A stretch of 64,000 nt of DNA from a virus (Duplodnaviria > Caudoviricetes), in IMG/VR virus record IMGVR_UViG_3300031853_000029, positions 6,657 through 70,656 of that record. One strand, 5' to 3'. Below the pieces are notes generated by a model. That model had not been told where the DNA came from and did not search any database. It saw only the letters and a list, made by a program, of their open reading frames with translations. Positions 46,285 through 53,966 of this stretch are shown here, one piece after another. Numbering within the stretch: the first letter of the stretch is position 1; every line of letters starts with the position of its first letter. The translations under genes were made by a program, and so were the position numbers.

Positions 46285-46550
46285 TGATGACGGGCGGAGA
46301 AATTAAAGCCGAGCTGGCTGAGATCATTCGGACCATCGAAGACGCCGCCGGAGATCTGATCGATCATACCGAGTATTACACCTGTGAGGAGTTCGCCGCG
46401 AAGTACAAATACAAGGAATCGACCATCCGGCAGATGATTAAGCGCGGGCAAATTTCAGGGGTTGTGAAGGTGTCCGGGAGATGGATGATCTCCGAAAACG
46501 CGGACATTCTGGTAAAGCAATATACCAAGAAAAACAAGCTCGTGTTATGA
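46284..46550 (+). CDS. Excisionase/MerR-like HTH DNA-binding protein
   Basis: YYTCEEFAAKY...TIRQMIKRGQI...GRWMI. Confidence 0.7.
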   Translation: MMTGGEIKAELAEIIRTIEDAAGDLIDHTEYYTCEEFAAKYKYKESTIRQMIKRGQISGVVKVSGRWMISENADILVKQYTKKNKLVL

Positions 46551-46554
46551 GAAA

Positions 46555-46800
46555 TGTGTCACAAAAATCAGCCAAAATCGCGCGCGTTACTTTCAAAGGC
46601 TGTTTTTGTGACAAAAAAACGCAACATTGTGACGTTTTTTTTAGAGAAGTGTCACAGCTGCAGCCCTTATGGATCAAGGCTTCCAGGGTTTCTGTGACAT
46701 TGTTACACTTATTTTCATAAACTTTTTAAAAATAAAAAAATGCATTTTTTATAAAAGTTTTTGGAGGGGGTAAAAATACGTGTTTTGTAACAACCCCTCT
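46555..46800. other. Candidate replication origin
   Basis: Multiple GTCACA/TGTGAC iteron-like words, ~15-bp inverted repeat, AT-rich tract; directly upstream of the replicase gene. Confidence 0.6.
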
Positions 46801-46817
46801 CAGGAGGTGAGCCTCTT

Positions 46818-49800
46818 GTGAGCTTTTTCTCTGTACTTAGCAGGGAAGTGAAGAAGGGCGTCTATGAAGTTTATCCTGATTTCGACGTAGATCGGCCCAC
46901 CGATTTAATGACCAGAGGACGACACTTCTATGCGATGTGGGATGCAAATCTCGGCATGTGGACGCAGGACGTTTTCGATGTCGTGCAGACTGTTGACAAG
47001 GCTGTGCGTCAGAAAGCCGACGAACTGCAGGCCGCGCTTCCGTCAGCAACCGTTAAGATGAAGCTGATGCGGAATTTCCAGAGCAAAGTCTGGAGCGAGT
47101 TCTCCAATTATATTAACAAGCTTCCCGACCATTTCGTTCCTCTGGACAGCAAGCTGACCTTCGCCAACACACCGCTCGGGAAGAAGTCCGATTATATTTC
47201 CAAGAAACTCCCCTACTCTCTTGAGGAAGGCGACTACAGTGCGTGGGACGAGCTGATGGCCAAATTATATTCTCCGACAGAACGGCAGAAGATCGAATGG
47301 GCTATCGGCAGTGTCATTGCCGGAGAGGCAAAGAAGATCCAGAAGTTCATCGTGCTGTACGGCGAAGGCGGCAAGGGAAAAGGCACTGTGATCGGAATCC
47401 TTGACAAGCTCTTTCAGGGTTATACGACCGCGTTCAATGCAAAGGCACTGACGTCCAACTCCAACCAGTTTGCGACAGAAGCGTTCAAGGGAAATCCGCT
47501 CGTGGCCTTTCAGCATGATGGCGACCTTTCCAAAATTGAAGATAACACCCAGCTGAACAGCATAGTTTCGCACGAACCGATGGTGATCAACGCTAAGTAT
47601 GAATCACCATACACGGCCAAGCCGATCTGCATGCTGTTTCTCGGAACCAACAGCCCGGTCCGGATTACCGATGCGAAGAGCGGAATTATTCGACGGCTGA
47701 TCGACGCGGAACCAACAGGAGACACCTTCGATGGAGTCAAGTATGAAGTGCTGATGGACCGGATCGGCATGCAGCTCGGAGCGATCGCTTTCCACTGCCT
47801 ATCCGTTTATCGGAAGCTCGGAAAGCACTTCTATGATCAGTACAGGTCGCTGAAGATGATGTACAAGACTGATCTATTCTTCAACTTCGTGGAGGAAAGC
47901 TACACGATCTTCAAGGAACAGGATTCGACGACGCTGAAGGCCGCCTACGCCATGTACAAGGAATACTGCGAGGAGAACGGCAGCACTTCCAGCACGATGA
48001 TGCGGATCAAGTTCCGGGAAGAGTTGAAGAACTACTTCAGGGAATTCTATCCGATAACACGTGTCGACGGCAAACAGGTGCGCAGCTACTTCAAAGGTTT
48101 CCGGTCCGAAAAGATCGACGATGGAACTGAGGCTGAGCGGGCCGAGAAAGCCCAGAAGGAAGCGGTTCCAAATTGGCTGGTGCTGGACCAGACGGAAAGC
48201 CTGCTGGATGAGGTGCTGAAGGACTGCCCGGCGCAGTATGCCAGGGAGGATAACGAAGCGCCGTATGTCTCCTGGGACAAATGCACCAAGACGCTGAAGG
48301 ATCTGGATACCAGACGGACACACTACGTCAATATTCCGGAAAGCATGAAGCTGATCCACTTCGATTTTGATCTGAAGGATGAGAACGGAAACAAAAGCGC
48401 GGAAAGGAATATTGAGGCAGCCAACAAGCTTCCGCCGACCTATGCAGAGTATTCAAAAGGCGGAGCAGGAATCCACACAACCTATTATTACGATGGAGAT
48501 CAGAGCAAACTGGCCCTGGTTTATGAGCCGGGAATCGAAATCAAGGTAAGCACCGGAGGCAACAGTCTCAGACGTAAGCTCAGCCTGTGCAACAATCTGC
48601 CGATCGCTCACATCTCCAGCGGCCTGCCATTAAAGGAGGAGAAAGTGATCGACTTTACCACGATTGAAGATGAGAAGCATCTGATTGCTCTGATTGAAAA
48701 GAATCTTAATAAGAAGATTGTGCCTTCCACACATCAGAGCGTTGGGCTGATCAAGAACGATCTGGATACCTTCTATAAGAGCGGAAAGCATTACGATGTT
48801 CGAAGCTATAAGAAGAAGGTGATGCAGTTTGCGGCGAACAGCACCAACCACAGCCCGGAATGTTTGAAGATGGTAACTTCAATGAAATGGCACAGCGACG
48901 ACGTGACCGACCCGAAGGAGGTCGGAGAAGAGGATGAAATCGTGAACGATGAACGGTTAGCATTCTTTGACGTGGAAGTCTTCCCTAACCTCTTCCTGAT
49001 TAACTGGAAGTTCGCCGGAGAACCTGGATGCAAACGGATGATCAACCCGACACCACAGGATCTTGAGGAGTTTATTCATCTGAAGCTGGTTGGGTTTAAC
49101 TGCAGGCGGTACGACAACCATATCGTTTATGCCCGGTATCTGGGGAAGGCCAACCAGGAACTGTATGACCTTTCGCAGCGGATTATCAACGGCGATCCAG
49201 ACGCGTTCTTCGGTAAGGCCTATGACCTGTCCTACACGGATGTGTATGACTTCTGCTCCAAAAAGCAGAGCCTGAAGAAATGGGAGATCGAGCTGGATAT
49301 TCATCACCAGGAGCTGGGCCTGCCCTGGGATCAGCCGGTGGATGAAAGCCTGTGGGGGAAGGTGGCAGAGTATTGCGACAACGATGTAATCGCAACGGAA
49401 GCCGTTTTCAATGCCAGGCAGGATGACTGGAAGGCTCGGAAGATTCTGGCAAGGCTGGCCGGTCTCAACGTAAACGCAACTACCAACCAGCTGACTCAGA
49501 AAATTATATTTGGCTGGGAGAAGAAGCCTCAGGGTGCCTTCAATTATCGCTTTATGGGCGAAATGGAGGATTACGAGACCTACAGCATGCCCTGGGAGGA
49601 TGACAAGGAGTTCACCTTATTCGGACCCGACGGCAAGCCCGTGTTCCCCGGATACACCTTCGATAACGGCAAGAGCATGTACCGCGGTGAAGAGGTCGGA
49701 GAAGGCGGATACGTTTATGCAGAGCCAGGCATGTACTGGAATGTGGCGCTGCTGGACATCGCAAGCATGCACCCAAGCAGCATTGTGGCGGAAGACCTGT

Positions 49801-50738
49801 TTGGCCCCGAGTACACCAGGCGGTTCCATGATATTCTCGACGCCCGTCTGCTGATCAAGCACCGGGAATGGGATAAGGCGCGGAAGATCCTGGACGGAAA
49901 GCTGGCGCCATTCCTGGAGGGTATGGAGAACCTCAGCGAGCAGGAACAGAAGGCGGAGGCCGATAATCTGAGCAGCGCGCTGAAGATCGCGATCAACTCG
50001 GTTTATGGCCTGACCAGTGCGAGGTTTGTGAATCCGTTCCGGGATGTGCGGAACAAGGACAACATCGTCGCCAAGCGCGGAGCTCTATTCATGATCAACC
50101 TGAAACACCTTGTACAGGCTAAGGGATTCACGGTGGCCCATATCAAGACAGATTCTATCAAAATACCGAATGCCACGCCGGAGATTATTCAGTATGTGAT
50201 GGATTACGGAAAGTTGTACGGCTATACCTTCGAGCATGAGAGCACCTACGACCGGATGTGTCTGGTGAATAACGCCGTGTATGTGGCCCACGTGGAAAGC
50301 GGAAAGCATGCAGGAGAGTGGAACACCACGGGAGCCCAGTTCGCAGAACCTTATGTGAAGAAAACTCTGTTCACAAGAGAGCCGATCACATTCAGGGATC
50401 TGTGTCAGACGAAGACCGTGACCACCAACATGTACCTGGATACGAATGAGGACATGCCTGAGGGGCATCACAACTATCATTTCGTCGGAAAAGCAGGAAG
50501 CTTCTGCCCGATCAAGCCTGGCCGCGGAGGCGGATGGTTGGTTCGCCAAAAGGACGACAAGTATGACGCCGTAACCGGAACCAAGGATCAGCGGTGGCTT
50601 GAGGCCGAGACGGTGAAGAATCTCGGAATCGAAGACGCGATTGACCGCAGCTATTTTGACCGCCTGGTCGAAGAGGCCGTTCATGATATCTCGCAGTACG
50701 GTGATATCGAAGTATTTAGAACATTGGAGGGAAGCTGA
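46818..50738 (+). CDS. Fused SF3 helicase - AEP-like primase - 3'-5' exonuclease - family B DNA polymerase
   Basis: Walker A GEGGKGKGT; FDFDLKD and SKGGAGIH (primase); FFDVEV and GFN..RYD (exo); DIASMHPS, KIAINSVYG, IKTDS (PolB A/B/C). Confidence 0.88.
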   Translation: MSFFSVLSREVKKGVYEVYPDFDVDRPTDLMTRGRHFYAMWDANLGMWTQDVFDVVQTVDKAVRQKADELQAALPSATVKMKLMRNFQSKVWSEFSNYINKLPDHFVPLDSKLTFANTPLGKKSDYISKKLPYSLEEGDYSAWDELMAKLYSPTERQKIEWAIGSVIAGEAKKIQKFIVLYGEGGKGKGTVIGILDKLFQGYTTAFNAKALTSNSNQFATEAFKGNPLVAFQHDGDLSKIEDNTQLNSIVSHEPMVINAKYESPYTAKPICMLFLGTNSPVRITDAKSGIIRRLIDAEPTGDTFDGVKYEVLMDRIGMQLGAIAFHCLSVYRKLGKHFYDQYRSLKMMYKTDLFFNFVEESYTIFKEQDSTTLKAAYAMYKEYCEENGSTSSTMMRIKFREELKNYFREFYPITRVDGKQVRSYFKGFRSEKIDDGTEAERAEKAQKEAVPNWLVLDQTESLLDEVLKDCPAQYAREDNEAPYVSWDKCTKTLKDLDTRRTHYVNIPESMKLIHFDFDLKDENGNKSAERNIEAANKLPPTYAEYSKGGAGIHTTYYYDGDQSKLALVYEPGIEIKVSTGGNSLRRKLSLCNNLPIAHISSGLPLKEEKVIDFTTIEDEKHLIALIEKNLNKKIVPSTHQSVGLIKNDLDTFYKSGKHYDVRSYKKKVMQFAANSTNHSPECLKMVTSMKWHSDDVTDPKEVGEEDEIVNDERLAFFDVEVFPNLFLINWKFAGEPGCKRMINPTPQDLEEFIHLKLVGFNCRRYDNHIVYARYLGKANQELYDLSQRIINGDPDAFFGKAYDLSYTDVYDFCSKKQSLKKWEIELDIHHQELGLPWDQPVDESLWGKVAEYCDNDVIATEAVFNARQDDWKARKILARLAGLNVNATTNQLTQKIIFGWEKKPQGAFNYRFMGEMEDYETYSMPWEDDKEFTLFGPDGKPVFPGYTFDNGKSMYRGEEVGEGGYVYAEPGMYWNVALLDIASMHPSSIVAEDLFGPEYTRRFHDILDARLLIKHREWDKARKILDGKLAPFLEGMENLSEQEQKAEADNLSSALKIAINSVYGLTSARFVNPFRDVRNKDNIVAKRGALFMINLKHLVQAKGFTVAHIKTDSIKIPNATPEIIQYVMDYGKLYGYTFEHESTYDRMCLVNNAVYVAHVESGKHAGEWNTTGAQFAEPYVKKTLFTREPITFRDLCQTKTVTTNMYLDTNEDMPEGHHNYHFVGKAGSFCPIKPGRGGGWLVRQKDDKYDAVTGTKDQRWLEAETVKNLGIEDAIDRSYFDRLVEEAVHDISQYGDIEVFRTLEGS

Positions 50739-51049
50739 TGGCTATGACCAGAAAGGAGCTGCTGGATAAGGCATGCTCCATTGTGAACGGCGCACGTGAC
50801 AAAAGCTACGGGTCGCCAGAAGACAGTTTTAAATGCATCGGGAAGATGTGGAATGCTTATCTCGGGAGGCGGCTTATGAAGCCGCTGTCCCCATCGGATG
50901 TGGCGGCCATGATGAGCCTGCTGAAGATCGCCAGGATCAGCTCCGGAATTTATTCCGAGGACAGCTGGATCGACCTAGCCGGGTATGCTGCTTGCGGCGG
51001 CGAGTGCGCAAGCTTTGAGCACGAGGACCGGGAGGATAAAGAGACATGA
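50738..51049 (+). CDS. DUF6378-like protein
   Basis: R..SYGSPEDSF..I..MW.AYL...VA.MM.LLKIAR...DSWIDLAGYA. Confidence 0.7.
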   Translation: MAMTRKELLDKACSIVNGARDKSYGSPEDSFKCIGKMWNAYLGRRLMKPLSPSDVAAMMSLLKIARISSGIYSEDSWIDLAGYAACGGECASFEHEDREDKET

Positions 51050-51204
51050 CGGTTGCTCAGCTTCGTGCACTTTTGAACTGGATGCCAGTGAGCGCAGAAG
51101 TAACTGATAGCTTTGGTAATACGATTACCGACGTTGTCTTGGACGATGATTGCCTAAAAGTTCAGCTCGGAATCAACAACATTCACGACAAAAACGAAGA
51201 TTAA
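51046..51204 (+). CDS. Small hypothetical protein (52 aa, not in ORF track)
   Basis: GGAGG RBS, ATGA coupling. Confidence 0.5.
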   Translation: MTVAQLRALLNWMPVSAEVTDSFGNTITDVVLDDDCLKVQLGINNIHDKNED

Positions 51205-51220
51205 AAGGAGAAAGAGAAAA

Positions 51221-51730
51221 ATGGAAAAGACGATTACAATTCGTGACGCTCAGATTGCCCCTTACAAGTTCCGTAATTTTGAAGGTCGGGAAACCGAGTA
51301 CAACAGAGCCGGCGCCCGCAACTTTGTTATATTCCTAGACAAAGCCCTGGCTCAGCAGCTTGAGGCGGACGGTGCGCCGGTTATCTGGAAACCCGATCGC
51401 TACAATGAGGGCGAACTTCGTGCTCAGATGAAGGTCCATGTGAAGTATTACAATCGCAAGGGCGAGAAGATGACCCCTCCGAAGGTCGTGCTGATCACCA
51501 GAAAGAAGCAGACCAAGCTGACGGAAGATACAATCAGTCTGCTGGATACGGCGGACATCGCCAAATGCGATCTGATCCTCAGCCAGTATCCGAATCCAGG
51601 TTCCATGGGTCCGGAGAATTCTGTAAGTCTGAAGACCATGTATGTTACTTTGGCCGAAGACGAGTTTGCCGAGGAGTACGAAACGGACGACGTGCCTTTT
51701 GCGGCTGGGTCTGAAAGCGAGCCTTGGTAA
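51221..51730 (+). CDS. Probable single-stranded DNA-binding protein
   Basis: FRNFEG...RNF, beta-rich OB-like body, acidic C-tail ending DDVPF...W; in replication module. Confidence 0.65.
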   Translation: MEKTITIRDAQIAPYKFRNFEGRETEYNRAGARNFVIFLDKALAQQLEADGAPVIWKPDRYNEGELRAQMKVHVKYYNRKGEKMTPPKVVLITRKKQTKLTEDTISLLDTADIAKCDLILSQYPNPGSMGPENSVSLKTMYVTLAEDEFAEEYETDDVPFAAGSESEPW

Positions 51731-52917
51731 AACTATACCCCCACCAAAGGGATGCAGTCTGGCGGATGCACAACGGCTGCATCCTGGTGGGCGGGGTCGG
51801 CAGCGGAAAGAGCATTACGTCGCTGGCCTATTATTATATTCGTGAGTGCGGCGGATGCCTCGAGCCCGAAAAGCCAATGACGCACCCAAAGGATCTCTAC
51901 GTCATTACGACAGCCAGAAAGCGGGATACGCTTGAATGGAAGGCGGAGATGCTTCCCTTCTGCCTGCAAGAGTACGACATTCAGGTAACGATCGACAGTT
52001 GGAACAACGTACACAAGTATGTGGATGTTGAGAATGCTTTCTTTATATTTGACGAGCAGCGTGTCGTCGGGACTGGAACGTGGGCAAAGAGCTTTGTTAA
52101 AATCGCAAAGCGCAACCGATGGATCCTGCTCTCGGCCACGCCCGGCGACACCTGGTCTGATTATATTCCAGTCTTTGTGGCAAATGGCTACTATAGGAAT
52201 CCAACTGACTTCCGCAACCAGCATGTGATTTATGCCCGGTTCAGCAAATACCCGAAGATTGACAAATACGTGGCCGTAAGAAAACTGCAGAAGATTCGGG
52301 ACAAGGTGCTCGTCAATATGGATTACAGTCGGAAGACCTCGTGCGTGTATGAGTACATCCAGCCGATGTATGACCGGGATCAGTATTTATTTGTAAACAG
52401 GAATCGGTGGAACCCATATAAAAATGAGCCGCTTGTAAATGCCGGCGAGCTTTGCCTCACGCTTCGGCACATTGTCAACAGCGATCCGAGTCGATTGGCG
52501 AAGCTGACCGATCTGATGATGAAGCATCCGAGAGCAATTATATTTTACAACTTCGACTATGAGCTCGAGATGCTCCGAGGATGGGCGAAGAAGAACATGC
52601 TCACTTATGGAGAGTACAACGGCCATCATCACGATCCGATTCCAGAAGGAGAAAGCTGGGCTTACCTCGTTCAGTATACTGCCGGCGCAGAAGGATGGAA
52701 TTGCACGCTGACGGATACAGTGATATTTTACAGTCTGAACTACAGTTACAAAACAATGGTGCAGGCGGCCGGAAGAATCGATCGGCTGAACACGCCTTAC
52801 CAGACGCTATACTATTATCGCTTTGTTTCCTCTGCCCCGATCGATCTGGCGATCCGGCGGGCTCTAAAGGATAAGAAGAATTTTAATGAGTCGGCTTTTG
52901 TCGGGAGTTTGACGTGA
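51724..52917 (+). CDS. SF2 (SNF2-like) helicase
   Basis: LYPHQ, GGVGSGKS, FIFDE, LLSATP, AEGWN, QAAGRIDR. Confidence 0.85.
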   Translation: MVKLYPHQRDAVWRMHNGCILVGGVGSGKSITSLAYYYIRECGGCLEPEKPMTHPKDLYVITTARKRDTLEWKAEMLPFCLQEYDIQVTIDSWNNVHKYVDVENAFFIFDEQRVVGTGTWAKSFVKIAKRNRWILLSATPGDTWSDYIPVFVANGYYRNPTDFRNQHVIYARFSKYPKIDKYVAVRKLQKIRDKVLVNMDYSRKTSCVYEYIQPMYDRDQYLFVNRNRWNPYKNEPLVNAGELCLTLRHIVNSDPSRLAKLTDLMMKHPRAIIFYNFDYELEMLRGWAKKNMLTYGEYNGHHHDPIPEGESWAYLVQYTAGAEGWNCTLTDTVIFYSLNYSYKTMVQAAGRIDRLNTPYQTLYYYRFVSSAPIDLAIRRALKDKKNFNESAFVGSLT

Positions 52918-52948
52918 TTCTTACAGGAAAAGTGTGACAGTTTTTTTT

Positions 52949-52974
52949 CGCGAAGTTTACAGCGTTCTTTATGG
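52949..52974 (+). promoter_or_regulatory. 26-bp repeated motif, copy 19
   Basis: CGCGAAGTTTACAGCGTTCTTTATGG. Confidence 0.7.
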
Positions 52975-53070
52975 AGAGAGGTTTGACCAATTTGACGGCA
53001 GCGATAAAAAGCGGTCACGCATGGCTCAGTAAGAGTCGGAAGCGTTTTGGACACACCTCTTCTATTTTTT
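52973..53070 (+). ncRNA. Structured leader / attenuator-like RNA
   Basis: AGAGG 52977-81 / CCTCT 53056-60 and CCAA/TTGG closing stems, internal hairpins, then U-tract. Confidence 0.5.
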
Positions 53071-53090
53071 CGCATGAACGGGGAACTTCT

Positions 53091-53384
53091 ATGAAAAAAG
53101 AAAACGCCTTTCAGGGAAAGCTGATCAAAGAGCTCCATGAACGGTTTCCGGGCTGCGTTGTCCTGAAGAATGACCCTAATTATATTCAGGGCATCCCGGA
53201 CCTTCTTGTTCTATATAGATCCCGCTGGGCCGCTCTTGAATGCAAAAGGAGCGAGAATGAAAGCCGTCGACCAAATCAGGAATATTACGTGGACAAGCTC
53301 AATGGCATGAGCTTCTCTGCATTTATATTTCCCGAAAACAGAGAGGAGGTTTTACATGATCTGGAAGAAGCATTCCGAGCTTGA
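53091..53384 (+). CDS. VRR-NUC / Holliday-junction-resolvase-like PD-(D/E)xK nuclease
   Basis: ENAFQ..LI...GIPDL...ALECK...PNQ. Confidence 0.75.
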   Translation: MKKENAFQGKLIKELHERFPGCVVLKNDPNYIQGIPDLLVLYRSRWAALECKRSENESRRPNQEYYVDKLNGMSFSAFIFPENREEVLHDLEEAFRA

Positions 53385-53931
53385 CGGCGCTCATGCTTTT
53401 TTAAGCCCCAGCAAATACCACTGGTTAAACTATACGGATGAAAAGCTTCGTCTAACCTATCAACGCCATCTTGCTACGCTTCGCGGAACTGAACTGCATG
53501 CTTACGCAGAGCAGGCTATTCGGTTAAAGAGAAGGCAGCCCCGGAACTCAGACTCAGTCAACATGTACATCAACGATGCGATCGGATATGGTATGCAGCC
53601 CGAGCAGCCTTTGGTGTACTCCGGGAACTGCTTCGGCACGGCGGACGCCATTGCCTTCGACGAGAAGCACAAGATGCTCCGGATCCACGACCTGAAAACC
53701 GGAGAGATTCCTGCACACATGGAGCAGTTGAAGATCTATGCGGCACTCTTCTTTCTTGAGTATGCCGCCGATCTCGGTTTGGAAAGTATTCACGATATGA
53801 ACATCGAGCTCCGAATCTACCAAAGCGGAGAGGTGCTGGTTGAAAACCCGCCTTCGGAAGAGATCGAGATCATCATCGACAAAATTATTGACAGCGATGA
53901 AACTATTCAGGATGAGCGGCGAAAAGGATAG
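53356..53931 (+). CDS. DUF2800 / Cas4-like PD-(D/E)xK exonuclease
   Basis: HAFLSPSK, GTELH, FGTADAI, IHDLKTG, QLKIYA. Confidence 0.75.
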   Translation: MIWKKHSELDGAHAFLSPSKYHWLNYTDEKLRLTYQRHLATLRGTELHAYAEQAIRLKRRQPRNSDSVNMYINDAIGYGMQPEQPLVYSGNCFGTADAIAFDEKHKMLRIHDLKTGEIPAHMEQLKIYAALFFLEYAADLGLESIHDMNIELRIYQSGEVLVENPPSEEIEIIIDKIIDSDETIQDERRKG

Positions 53932-53966
53932 GTCAAAGAACCGAATGACTGGAGGAGCAATCAAAA

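Noticed and set aside
52971-53090. N-terminal extension of the nuclease starting at the motif's ATG (and similar extensions at 25525, 27719, 28988, 44532)
   Set aside because: These ATGs belong to the repeated motif; RBS-preceded starts lie downstream, and the extensions cross hairpin or terminator sequence.
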